From contig JBKJRR010000133.1 in the NCBI GenBank assembly GCA_046594635.1, forward strand, positions 1 through 56,997: a stretch of 56,997 nucleotides of DNA. The letters run 5' to 3'. This document shows, in pieces, positions 10,939-20,339 of this stretch. This stretch comes from Burkholderiaceae bacterium. GTDB taxonomy: Bacteria > Pseudomonadota > Gammaproteobacteria > Burkholderiales > Burkholderiaceae_C. The position numbers and the translations under genes were made by a program. Numbering within the stretch: position 1 is the first letter of the stretch; each line of letters starts with the position of its first letter. The notes beneath the pieces are model-generated. The model was not told the DNA's origin. It saw only the letters and a program-made list of their open reading frames with translations, and did no database searches.

Positions 10939-13089
10939 CTACGGGGCGCGCTTGCCGGCCGGCAATTCCATGACCAGCACCGGACCGGTCGGCAGAACAG
11001 GGCTTGCGGCCTGGGCCTTGCCCTGCTTCAGCACAACCGCGTCCGCCAGTATGCTGACCGCTTCATTCAACAGGATGTCCTTGGCCGAATCCTGCGTCTT
11101 CTCCGCGGCGAGCGACTTGCCGAGATTGCGTTCATTCGCCTGCAGGCCGTCGTCCGCCACGGCGCCAGTTGTGCCCTGCATCGCGGCCAGGCGTTTCTCC
11201 TGCGTGACACGTTCCTTGCGCCGGATGACTTCATTGAGCGAAATGACATTGCCCTTGCGCAACTCCTGCATCCGCGCGATGTTTTCCTGCAGGTTCTGGA
11301 AGTCCTTGTCGCGCCGGACACGATCCTTGTGCAAGGTCGACAGCGCGGGAACCAGGGCTTTGGCATCGCCCACGGGCGCATAGTTGGCAGCCTGGATGCG
11401 GGTCCACGGCAAGGCATTGCCAAAACTCGATTCACCGAAATCGGCAGCGTCTGCAGCCCCCGGAAAGTCGATGTCCGGCGTCACGCCCCGCAATTGGGTC
11501 GTGCCGCCGTCGACCCGGAAAAACTGCGCGATGGTCAGTTTCAATTCCCCATAGACTGGTTTGGTGTTTCGCGCAATCTGGTCCAGGCTGGCCACGGTCT
11601 GGACCGTGCCCTTGCCGAAGCTGGGCTCGCCAATGATCAGGCCGCGGCCATAGTCCTGGATCGCCGCGGCGACAATTTCTGACGCAGAAGCCGATGCCCG
11701 GTTGATCATCACGCCCATGGGTCCGTCCCAGGCGATGGCGGTGGTGTTGTTTCTTTCCACACTGATGGCGCCCTTGGCATTGCGCACCTGCACGACCGGT
11801 ACCTTGCCGACAAACAAGCCTGTCAGCTCAACCGCCTCGCGCAGCGAGCCACCGCCGTTGTCACGCAGATCGAGCAGCAGGCTGTCCACCTTCTGCGCCT
11901 TCATATCGACCAGCAGCGCGGCCACATCGCGGGTCGCGCTGCGGTAGTCCTTGATACCCTTTTGCCGGCCTTCGACGTCTTCGTAGAACGAGGGCAGGGT
12001 GATCACGCCGACGCGGCGTTTTGCGGCTCCTTGCGTCACCGAATAAATCTTTGCCTTGGCGGCCCGATCCTGCATCGTGATGGTTTTTCGGACCAGCACG
12101 ACTGTCTTGTTCGCAACATCAGCACCATTGCCGACAGACAGGATGTCGAGCCGCACCGTCGAGTCGGCGATGCCGCGGATCAGGGCCACCGTGTCATCGA
12201 GTCGCCAGCCGACAACATCTTCCATCGGGCCGCTGACGCCTTGCGCCACGCCCACGATACGGTCGCCGGACTTCAGCTTGCCCGACAGACTGGCCGGGCC
12301 GCCAGTCACCAGTTCCCGAATGGTCGCGTAGCCATCAATTTCGGTCAGTACCGCCCCGATACCCACCAGCGACAGGCGCATCGAAATGTCGAAATCCTCC
12401 GCCGCACGTGGTCCCAGGTAGTTGGTATGGGGTTCGATCGACGTCGTATAGGCGTTCATGAACGCCTGAAACGCATCTGCACTGGTGACTTTGCTCAGAC
12501 GTTTGAGCGCGTTGTCATAACGCTTGTCCAGAATCCTGACAATGGCTGCGTCGTCCGCGCCGGCCAGTTTGAGTCGGAGCCAGTCGTTCTTCACGCGTTT
12601 GCGCCAGAGGTCCTGCAGTTGCGTCTCGTTGGCCGGCCAGGCCTGGTCCTTGCGATCGATCTGCAGGCTCTCATCAGGCTGGAAGTCAAACCCCTTTTGC
12701 AACAACGTGCGGGAATAGGCCAGCCGCTCGGCGGCCCGGCGTTCGTACTGGTTGAAGATGTCTATCGGGGCGCGCAGGTCTTCGCTCAGGATGGCATCGT
12801 CCAGCCGGTTGCGATCGGCGCCAAAACGGTCAATGTCGGACTGCAAAAAATAGAGCCTCTCGGGATCGAGCGCCTTCAGGTACTGGTCGAACATCTTGCT
12901 GGACATTGCGTCGTCAAGCGGCATCGCCTGATAGTGGTAACGCGTCAGCAGTTCTGCTGCCAGTCGCGCCGCCTTGGCCTCATGCGCTGCAGGTTGGAGC
13001 GCGGGCGGATACGGGACCTGCGCCAGCACCCCCGTGCCTGGTACGGCCAAGGCCAGGGACAACACGAGCCAAAGCAGTTTTTGTTTCAT
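10939..13089 (-). CDS. prc: Carboxy-terminal processing (tail-specific) protease, S41 with PDZ domain
   Basis: Signal peptide; ALDPERLYF, EPHTNYL, GIGAVL (PDZ), DLRDNGGGSL, SASASEI (catalytic Ser), GKGTVQ. Confidence 0.93.
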   Translation of the reverse strand: MKQKLLWLVLSLALAVPGTGVLAQVPYPPALQPAAHEAKAARLAAELLTRYHYQAMPLDDAMSSKMFDQYLKALDPERLYFLQSDIDRFGADRNRLDDAILSEDLRAPIDIFNQYERRAAERLAYSRTLLQKGFDFQPDESLQIDRKDQAWPANETQLQDLWRKRVKNDWLRLKLAGADDAAIVRILDKRYDNALKRLSKVTSADAFQAFMNAYTTSIEPHTNYLGPRAAEDFDISMRLSLVGIGAVLTEIDGYATIRELVTGGPASLSGKLKSGDRIVGVAQGVSGPMEDVVGWRLDDTVALIRGIADSTVRLDILSVGNGADVANKTVVLVRKTITMQDRAAKAKIYSVTQGAAKRRVGVITLPSFYEDVEGRQKGIKDYRSATRDVAALLVDMKAQKVDSLLLDLRDNGGGSLREAVELTGLFVGKVPVVQVRNAKGAISVERNNTTAIAWDGPMGVMINRASASASEIVAAAIQDYGRGLIIGEPSFGKGTVQTVASLDQIARNTKPVYGELKLTIAQFFRVDGGTTQLRGVTPDIDFPGAADAADFGESSFGNALPWTRIQAANYAPVGDAKALVPALSTLHKDRVRRDKDFQNLQENIARMQELRKGNVISLNEVIRRKERVTQEKRLAAMQGTTGAVADDGLQANERNLGKSLAAEKTQDSAKDILLNEAVSILADAVVLKQGKAQAASPVLPTGPVLVMELPAGKRAP

Positions 13090-13341
13090 TTGTATACGAG
13101 ACGGGTTATGCGACCAGCCAGGCCGCTTTCAGGTGACGCACCGACGGTGAGCAGATGACTGTGGTCGAAATAGTCATTTGCTCGTTGTGCAAGCGTAGCA
13201 GCAAACCCGAATCCACCGCGGTACCGGGTCAAAGCGAAAAACCCTGACTGCATGCGGGTGGGGTCGTCTCCGATTGCGCTGGGCTGACAACTCCCTAGAA
13301 TTTGCCAGCCAGGATTTTCTGGCGCCACCTGTAAGGTCTGC

Positions 13342-13581
13342 ATGAAAAAGATACTTCTGCTCCTGTCACTTTCCTTGGGTTCCGTTGCGGCATTCGCCCA
13401 TGGCTGTCCCGGCGAAATGAAGGCGATCGACGCCAAGCTGGCCACCAATCCCAAGATGGCCGCTGCCGATATGACCAAGGTAAAGACGCTGCGCGCCGAT
13501 GGCGAAAAGTTCCACAAGGAAGGCAAACATACCGAGTCGATGAAGGCGCTCGGCGACGCCAAGAAGGTGCTGGGGCTCTAG
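13342..13581 (+). CDS. Small secreted helical protein of unknown function
   Basis: Classic signal peptide (MKK...AAFA), mature HGCPGEMKAIDAKL...; codon usage typical of real genes. Confidence 0.8.
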   Translation: MKKILLLLSLSLGSVAAFAHGCPGEMKAIDAKLATNPKMAAADMTKVKTLRADGEKFHKEGKHTESMKALGDAKKVLGL

Positions 13582-13919
13582 ACCCGCCGCCTGTGGGCCA
13601 GCTTCGCCGCCTTGCGAGTGGCCCTGTCTTTCCGGATGGTCAGCTTTGATGCCATCGCGTCTCAGGCATTCGTACAGCTCTGCTTGACCTCACCCCATGT
13701 GTTGGCCGAACGGTGGCTGACGCTGCCATACCATTGCACGCGGTCGTCGCGCGGCTGGCATAGCGCGTTATTGCACTTTGCCTGAGTCTCGATCGCGGAC
13801 AGAAGCCTTTGGGTCCGTCCAGTTGGTCGAACCGTTCATCCTGTGCAAAGGCTGGTGTTATGCCGACCCCGGCTGCGCCGAATGGCGATCGACCCTGGCG
13901 TGTCGTTGCAAATGCCGCA

Positions 13920-14221
13920 GTCCCTGAAGGTGCGCGGCGCAGTCGCGCGTGCCATGGGTCAGAGCCTGGCGCCGGTTGTCGCCTCGCCGGTGTTCGCCCG
14001 CCTTCTACCAAACCCTGCTGGAACGCATGATCACCGAACAAGGGGTGTCCGCGCAGGGTCTGGACGCGCTGGCGAACCGCCGTGCCAATGGCATCGTGTA
14101 GCGTCTGACGGTGACCGATGGCTTCGCGTCCGACCGGGTGATACGGGTCGAAGTGCGCGAGGTAACCGCCGCCAGTGACAAGATGGTGCCCTTGAAACTG
14201 CAACTGGACGTTGCGCAGTGA
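13920..14221 (+). pseudogene. Decayed C-terminal remnant, resembling DUF748-type envelope proteins
   Basis: Frame from 14000 reads AFYQTLLERMITEQGVSAQGLDALANRRANGIV*RLTVTDGFASDRVIRV...KMVPLKLQLDVAQ* (internal TAG 14099-14101); another frame upstream reads LKVRGAVARAMGQSLAP. Family assignment is from memory. Confidence 0.45.
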
Positions 14222-14245
14222 TGGCGCAGCCGATTGCCGCCAAGC

Positions 14246-14854
14246 TCAGTCGGGGCGTTTCATGCGGAAGTGTTGTTCGGGCCCGATGCTGAAATAGTCG
14301 GCTGGTCCGCCGCCGCGCAGGATGTGACCGGCCGCTGCGGTGTCATAGGTGCCCTCGTTCAGTGTCCACGGCGCGATATGAATGCCCACGACCTCGCCCA
14401 GCACCAGCCAGGAGCTGATTTTCGCGCCGGCCGCACTTTGCAACTGCACGATCTGGCTGAGCCGGCATTCAAACGACACGGCACTTTCCGCGACACGCGG
14501 CGCCTTGATCAGGCGAGATGGTGCAGGTGTGACGCCAGCCAGCACAAACTCGTCGACTGACGATGGCACCGTGGCGGAACTGGCGTTCATGGATTCGGCC
14601 AGGGGCCGGGTCACCAGGTTCCAGCCGAACTCGCCGCTGGCTTCGATGTTGCGCAGGCTGTCCTTGGAGCCGACACTGGAGAAACCGATGATCGGCGGGT
14701 GGTAGTTGAAGCCGTTGAAGAAGCTGTAGGGCGCGAGGTTGGCGATGCCATCAAGGCCCAGCGACGAGATCCAGCCGATCGGTCGAGGGCCTACGATGGC
14801 ATTGAACGGATCGTGGGGCAGGCCGTGACCTTTGGCGGGTTCATAGAAATACAT
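14246..14854 (-). CDS. Flavin reductase-like (DIM6/NTAB) protein
   Basis: MYFYEPAKGHGLPHDPFNAIVGPRPIGWISS...NLAPYSFFN...KDSLRNIEASGEF...FECR...LGEVV. Confidence 0.92.
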   Translation of the reverse strand: MYFYEPAKGHGLPHDPFNAIVGPRPIGWISSLGLDGIANLAPYSFFNGFNYHPPIIGFSSVGSKDSLRNIEASGEFGWNLVTRPLAESMNASSATVPSSVDEFVLAGVTPAPSRLIKAPRVAESAVSFECRLSQIVQLQSAAGAKISSWLVLGEVVGIHIAPWTLNEGTYDTAAAGHILRGGGPADYFSIGPEQHFRMKRPD

Positions 14855-14999
14855 GGAGGCCTTGCACAGGGACACAAACAGGCCGATGGTAACGTCAAGG
14901 GGAAACTGGATGCCGCTGTACAGGCGTGCGGATGCGGTGTGCTGGCAACGGATACATCGGCGATTTACCGATGCAATGCCCAACCTGATAACAGCGGGG

Positions 15000-15460
15000 A
15001 AAATGAAACGGCGGAGTCGCCTGTGGGTCTGTTCGGTCGGTGGGAATAAAGGCTCAGGGAGGCGACCGGGCTGACCGACGCCCGGGCCCTGTTGCTGCGT
15101 TGGGTGCGTACGGTGCTGATCCTGGGGCGCGATGTCGCGTTGGGGCAGCTCATCCTGCGCGCGATGAGCCTGGTCTACACCACCTTGCTGTCCATCGTGC
15201 CGCTGTTGGCGCTGAGCTTTTCGGTGCTCAAGGCCTTTGGCGTGAGGAATCAGATCCAGCCCTTGTTGCTCGATCTGCTCGAGCCACTGGGCGAGAAGGG
15301 GCAGGAGGTGGCGCTGCTGTTCGGCGCCAGTGGGCGCATCACCGTGGCCGAGGTGCTGGAATCGGTGCGTGCGGCGGGTGAGGATGAACTTCTGTCGCCC
15401 ACCGAGTGACCGGTCGAGCGTTCGGTGGATGCGCTGGTGGCGCGCCATCCGCTACACTTT
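15000..15460 (+). pseudogene. YihY/BrkB-family membrane protein remnant (internal deletion, nonsense stops)
   Basis: LRAMSLVYTTLLSIVPLLALSFSVLKAFG is a YihY N-terminal signature; it jumps directly to a C-terminal-like ITVAEVLESVR segment; in-frame stops at 15047-15049 and 15407-15409 with plausible coding sequence beyond both. Confidence 0.65.
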
Positions 15461-15534
15461 TTGGCTTCATCGGTCGGCAGCCCGGCCGGGTGCCGGCTGT
15501 GGCAACCGCGTAATGGCATCGCGAAGGAATCACC

Positions 15535-16350
15535 TTGGGAATTTGCGTCATCCGCTTGCGGGCGCTCTTGCTTGCCGCCGCTCTTGCCTGGCACGCTCCG
15601 TTGGTCATTGCACAGACATCGCCGGGAACTTTGCCAGCGCTGCAGGCAGGGTCGGCTGCCAGTGCTGCGGTTGCGCCGGCGCTGCCAGCAACGCTGGAGA
15701 ACCCTTATGGATTACAGGCGGTCTGGCAACAGGGCGACCTGGTGGCCCGCGGCACCTTGCTGGTGTTGCTGCTGATGAGCCTGGGCAGCTGGTATGTGAT
15801 TGTCACCAAACTTTTTGAACAGGCAAGAATTCAGCGGCAGTCGCGCCTCGTCGACAGTAACTTCTGGGCCGCCGGTTCGGTGCGCCAGAGCGCGGACAAA
15901 CTCGAGGCTGACAGTCCGTTTCGCTACATCGCCGAAAAGGCACTCGATGGGGCGGGCAAACACGAGGGATTGCTCGGTGCGATCGACTTCAACACCTGGG
16001 TCACGATGAGCATTCAGCGGGCCATGGCCCATGTGCACAGCCGCCTGCAAGCGGGGCTGGCTGTTTTGGCCACCGTCGGCTCGACCGCGCCGTTTGTCGG
16101 GCTGTTCGGCACCGTCTGGGGGATTTACCACGCCTTGGTGAACATCGGTTTGTCCGGGCAAGCGAGCATCGACAAGGTGGCCGGCCCGGTGGGCGAAGCG
16201 CTGATCATGACGGCGCTGGGCCTGGCCGTGGCGGTGCCAGCTGTGCTGGGCTACAACTGGCTGGTGCGCCGCAACAAGGCGGTAATGGATGGTGTACAGG
16301 CCTTCGGTGGCGACCTGCATGCGGTGATGCTGGCCACGATGAAGAAGTAG
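15535..16350 (+). CDS. exbB: MotA/TolQ/ExbB proton channel
   Basis: LATVGSTAPFVGLFGTVWGI, GPVGEALIMTALGLAVAVPAV. Confidence 0.92.
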   Translation: MGICVIRLRALLLAAALAWHAPLVIAQTSPGTLPALQAGSAASAAVAPALPATLENPYGLQAVWQQGDLVARGTLLVLLLMSLGSWYVIVTKLFEQARIQRQSRLVDSNFWAAGSVRQSADKLEADSPFRYIAEKALDGAGKHEGLLGAIDFNTWVTMSIQRAMAHVHSRLQAGLAVLATVGSTAPFVGLFGTVWGIYHALVNIGLSGQASIDKVAGPVGEALIMTALGLAVAVPAVLGYNWLVRRNKAVMDGVQAFGGDLHAVMLATMKK

Positions 16351-16379
16351 GTCAGTAAGGTCAATCGCCTTCCTTCGCC

Positions 16380-16808
16380 ATGTTGTTGCCATCCATTGCG
16401 TCCCCCGATGATGACGAGGTCATTGGCCAGATCAACACCACGCCGCTGGTGGACGTGATGCTGGTGCTGCTGATCATTTTTTTGATCACGATCCCGGTGG
16501 TGACCACGTCGATCCGACTCGCGCTGCCACAGGAAGAAGCGTTGCAGCGGCAGTCGCGACCTGAGAACGTCATCATCTCGGTCGATCCGTCGGGCAACAT
16601 CTACTGGTATGACACCCGGATGAGTTCGCCGGGCGACCTGAGCGCGCGTTTGCGCAAGCTTGCGGCCATGACGCCGCAACCCGAAGTGCAGATTCGCGGC
16701 GACAAGGCGGCACGCTACGAAAGCGTCGGCCGGGTTCTCGCGGCCTGCGAACTGGCTGGCATTTCGCATGTGTCCTTCATCACCGAGCCGCCGGCGCGGC
16801 AACGTTGA
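16380..16808 (+). CDS. exbD: ExbD/TolR biopolymer transport protein
   Basis: INTTPLVDVMLVLLIIFLIT, IRGDKAARY. Confidence 0.92.
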   Translation: MLLPSIASPDDDEVIGQINTTPLVDVMLVLLIIFLITIPVVTTSIRLALPQEEALQRQSRPENVIISVDPSGNIYWYDTRMSSPGDLSARLRKLAAMTPQPEVQIRGDKAARYESVGRVLAACELAGISHVSFITEPPARQR

Positions 16809-16852
16809 TCGACGCCAGGCCACGCCATGAGGTTCATCAAGGTGTTTGCTCC

Positions 16853-17284
16853 ATGATGCCACTGTCTGCAGACCCATTCGGCATGGACGAGCCGAAGCTG
16901 ATGCTGGAGATCAACACAACACCCTTGATTGACGTGTTGCTGGTGCTGCTGGTGATGTTGATCATCACGATTCCAGTGCAGTTGCATGCGGTGAACACCG
17001 CCTTGCCGGTACGGGCGCCTGCCGCCGTACCCTTGGCCGCGAGTTTGCCTGCGATCGATATTCACATCGATGCGGCGGACCGGATCATGTGGCAGGGCGA
17101 GGCGGTGGACCGGGTCGAACTGCAACGCCGGATGGCGGCGCTTACCTTGTTGGCGGCGCCACCAGCGCTGCATGTGCGGCCGGATCGCGCCTGCAGTTAC
17201 GCGGTGTTTGCCCATGTGCTGGCAACTTCCCGGCGCCACGGTCTGAACCGGGTGGCAGTGCTGGGCAACGAGCAGTTTCGCTAG
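16853..17284 (+). CDS. exbD: Second ExbD/TolR protein
   Basis: EINTTPLIDVLLVLLVMLIIT, HVRPDR..Y. Confidence 0.88.
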   Translation: MMPLSADPFGMDEPKLMLEINTTPLIDVLLVLLVMLIITIPVQLHAVNTALPVRAPAAVPLAASLPAIDIHIDAADRIMWQGEAVDRVELQRRMAALTLLAAPPALHVRPDRACSYAVFAHVLATSRRHGLNRVAVLGNEQFR

Positions 17285-18106
17285 GTGATGCAGGCCCACC
17301 TGATCCATTTGCCACGCCTTGCCGCTCCGCGCTACCGTGCACTGGGCTTTGTCGTGTTGGTGCACCTGGCGCTGGGTTGGTGGCTGATGCGGGGTGTTGC
17401 CCCGTTGGAGCTGCAGCTACAGCGGTCACCGCTCGCACCGGTGCTGATACAGAACGTCCAGCTGGGGTCGCCTGCAACTGACCCGCAACAGCAATCGCAG
17501 TCGCCGCAACCGCCACAGGCCGTCCATCGGCAGCCCGTATCCGCACGCAGCGCGCTTCGGGCTGAACCGGTGCCGCCGGCCGCACCAGCAGTACGCGAAG
17601 TCCTGCCTGCAGCGCAGGGTACACCACCGAATCCGACTCCGATGGCGTCGCGGGTGTTGCCGTCCGCGGAGCCGGTATCGGCACCGGCAGCGGTTGCGGC
17701 AGCCACCGGTCAGCCGGCCTCATTGTCTGCAGCGATGTCCTCGGCGGCTCCAGCGACTGAGTCGGCGTCGAACCCGGCCAGGTCCGGGTCATCTGCCATC
17801 TCGCAACCGACAACGGGCGTTTCGTCCGGATCCGCATCCAGCACAGGGGCGGCGAGCACCGACATGGCGCTGGTGTGTCCCACGCAGGTGGCGCCGGTCA
17901 CGCCACGGCTGGCGGTGCGTGGCGGCATCACTGGAGTGGTGCTGGCGCAGGCCGTCATCGTCGACGGCGTGGTCCGTGACGTGCGAATTCTGTCCGGTGC
18001 GCCGGTTTTTCACAATGCTGTGCGCACTGCAATGCGGCAATACCGCTGCGTATCCAACCGGGCCGAAGTGCTGGCGACGCAGGAGTTCGTATTCCGCTTC
18101 GAGTGA
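17285..18106 (+). CDS. tonB: TonB-like energy transducer
   Basis: N-terminal TM with His (VVLVHLALG), Pro/Ala/Ser-rich linker, C-terminal domain ending QEFVFRFE; follows exbBDD. Confidence 0.75.
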   Translation: MMQAHLIHLPRLAAPRYRALGFVVLVHLALGWWLMRGVAPLELQLQRSPLAPVLIQNVQLGSPATDPQQQSQSPQPPQAVHRQPVSARSALRAEPVPPAAPAVREVLPAAQGTPPNPTPMASRVLPSAEPVSAPAAVAAATGQPASLSAAMSSAAPATESASNPARSGSSAISQPTTGVSSGSASSTGAASTDMALVCPTQVAPVTPRLAVRGGITGVVLAQAVIVDGVVRDVRILSGAPVFHNAVRTAMRQYRCVSNRAEVLATQEFVFRFE

Positions 18107-18194
18107 GCGGTGATGCTCGGGTTAACCTGGTGGCTGCCTGCCAGCACAACGCGGCTCCACGCTCTCGCCGGCTTGGTGGCAGGTCGCCCTGGGC

Positions 18195-18485
18195 TCAGGG
18201 TGCCATGCGCCGATACGTTCGGACCTGCTTGCTCGCGACCCAGGCTGCGGTGGCCGCGTTCATGGCCTGAAAGTGTGCCGATTGAAGATGTGCCTGGATC
18301 GCGGCGTCATCGTCGTACAACTCATACAGGAAAAACAGCTGCGGGTCGTTCGGATCCCGGCAGACGTCGAACTGCCGGCAACCCGGCTCGTCCTCACGCG
18401 AGGCGCGCGCGTTCTCGGTGATGGCCACTTCGAAGGCCGCGACATGCGCGTCATGGATGCGGAACTCGACGATCAAAGCCAACAT
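18195..18485 (-). CDS. ABM/quinol monooxygenase (LsrG/YgiN-like) protein
   Basis: MLALIVEF...ASREDEPGCRQFDV...FFLYELYDDDAAIQAHLQSAHF. Confidence 0.88.
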   Translation of the reverse strand: MLALIVEFRIHDAHVAAFEVAITENARASREDEPGCRQFDVCRDPNDPQLFFLYELYDDDAAIQAHLQSAHFQAMNAATAAWVASKQVRTYRRMAP

Positions 18486-18505
18486 GGTGTGTTCCTTGCA
18501 ATGTT

Positions 18506-19795
18506 TCAGAGTGAGTGAATAAGGCGAGGAAACCAGGTCGACAGCCATGGAATGTAGGTGATCAGCAGCACCACGCCAAAGGTCGCGGCCATCAGCGGCC
18601 ACAGGTGCCTGGTGATCTCGCCGATGCCAACCTTGGCCAGCTTGGCGGCGACGAACAGGGTTCCGCCCACCGGCGGCGTATAAAGGGCGATCGCCAGGTT
18701 GGCCGTCATCACGACGCCGATATGCACCATGTCCATTTCGAAATGACGGGCCAGTGGCAGGAACAGCGGCGCCGACAGCAGCATCGCGGGCAGTGGTTCA
18801 ATGAAGATGCCCAGCAGCAACAGGCAGATGTTGAACATCAGCAGGAACATCCAGGGCTCGGTGGCCACCACCTGTATCCAGGCGGCCATTTGCACCGCCA
18901 CCTGCTCGACCGTGATCAGCCAGGCCATGGCGCCGGTGGCACCGATTACCAGCATCACGGTGGCGCTGGTGACAAAGGCGTTGAGCAGCAATTGCGGAAT
19001 CCGTTGCCACTTCAGGTCGTGGTAATAGAACAGCGACACCGACAGACCGTAGACCACCGCCACAGCCGCGGATTCGCTGGGCGTGAAGATGCCGGTCCAG
19101 ATGCCGCCGATGATGATGACGGGCATCAGCAGCGCCGGACCCGCATCGCGTGTGGCGGCCCAGATCTGCGGCAGCGTAGAGCGATCCTCGCCGTTGTCGC
19201 AGCCGGTCTTCCTGCCGTGCCACATGCACACGGCAATCAGCGCAATCGCCGACGCCAGCGCCGGCAGCAGTCCGGCCATCGACAAGGTGCGCATCGACAC
19301 CCCGGAGATGAAGGCGTAGATCAGAAACGGTATGGACAGCGGCATCAGCAAGGCGATGGTTCCGGCTACCGCCAGCAGCGCCGCGGCAAAGCCGCGTGAG
19401 TAGCCGCGCGCCACCATGGCTGGAATCACCAGCGACCCGATCGCCGCGGTGTCGGCGATGGCCGAGCCGGAAACGCCACCGAACATGGTGCAGCTCATGA
19501 CGGTGACCACACCCAGGCCTCCGGGAAGCCAGCCGAACAGAACCCGCGCGAACGCGACGATGCGTTTGCCCACGCCGCCCTGGGCCAGCAGTTCACCGGC
19601 AAAGATGAACAGCGGCACTGCCAGCAGGATGAACGGCTCCACGCCGCCGATGAAGGACAGGAAGATGGTTTCCAGCGGATGACCGAGGTTCTGCACCCAG
19701 ATGATGCCTACCGTGGTGATCAGGATGGAGAACAGCAGTGGCACGCCGGCCAATGCGATGACGAAAAAGACGCCGAACAGGGTCAAGGCCAGCAT
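18506..19795 (-). CDS. TRAP transporter large permease (DctM)
   Basis: LAVPLFIFAGELL, FGGVSGSAIAD, GIFTPSE, YTPPVG. Confidence 0.94.
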   Translation of the reverse strand: MLALTLFGVFFVIALAGVPLLFSILITTVGIIWVQNLGHPLETIFLSFIGGVEPFILLAVPLFIFAGELLAQGGVGKRIVAFARVLFGWLPGGLGVVTVMSCTMFGGVSGSAIADTAAIGSLVIPAMVARGYSRGFAAALLAVAGTIALLMPLSIPFLIYAFISGVSMRTLSMAGLLPALASAIALIAVCMWHGRKTGCDNGEDRSTLPQIWAATRDAGPALLMPVIIIGGIWTGIFTPSESAAVAVVYGLSVSLFYYHDLKWQRIPQLLLNAFVTSATVMLVIGATGAMAWLITVEQVAVQMAAWIQVVATEPWMFLLMFNICLLLLGIFIEPLPAMLLSAPLFLPLARHFEMDMVHIGVVMTANLAIALYTPPVGGTLFVAAKLAKVGIGEITRHLWPLMAATFGVVLLITYIPWLSTWFPRLIHSL

Positions 19796-19799
19796 GGGA

Positions 19800-20330
19800 C
19801 TACTCGCTTGCGGGGTAACGTGCCTCGCGTGGCACGCCACGCAGGATCTGCCAGACATCAAAGGCGACGAAGAACGCCATCAGCGAACAACCCACGGCCA
19901 TGCCCATGTACTGAATCGCCATCGGCCACTGCAGTACGGTCAACTGGTTGCCCCAGTTGCTGTCCACCAGTGACCAGCCGTAGCGCACCAGCACCAGCAG
20001 CATGACCAGACACGCAGTCTGCACCAGCGCATCGGCCCAGCGCCGTCCGGGCGGTTCGAGCTTGTCGATGAATTCGGTGATGGTCATGTGGGCACCACGC
20101 TGGGCGGCGCAGGCGCCCCCCAGGAAGGTGACCCAGACCATCAGCAACTCCCCAAACTCCGTCACCCAGGCCAGATCCTTGTGGAACAGGTGCAGAGCGA
20201 CATTGACGAACACCATGGATGCCATCACGGCTCCGATGGCGATCACCGTCCAGTCGACGATGCGCCCGACCAGGCGCACCGGCAGTGGCGCTGCCGCCAC
20301 CGGTGTGAGCCAGGGAAGTTGCTGCTCCAT
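19800..20330 (-). CDS. TRAP transporter small permease (DctQ)
   Basis: Four TMs; W..EFGELLMVWVTFLG...HMTI. Confidence 0.92.
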   Translation of the reverse strand: MEQQLPWLTPVAAAPLPVRLVGRIVDWTVIAIGAVMASMVFVNVALHLFHKDLAWVTEFGELLMVWVTFLGGACAAQRGAHMTITEFIDKLEPPGRRWADALVQTACLVMLLVLVRYGWSLVDSNWGNQLTVLQWPMAIQYMGMAVGCSLMAFFVAFDVWQILRGVPREARYPASE

Positions 20331-20339
20331 GACCGGTGC

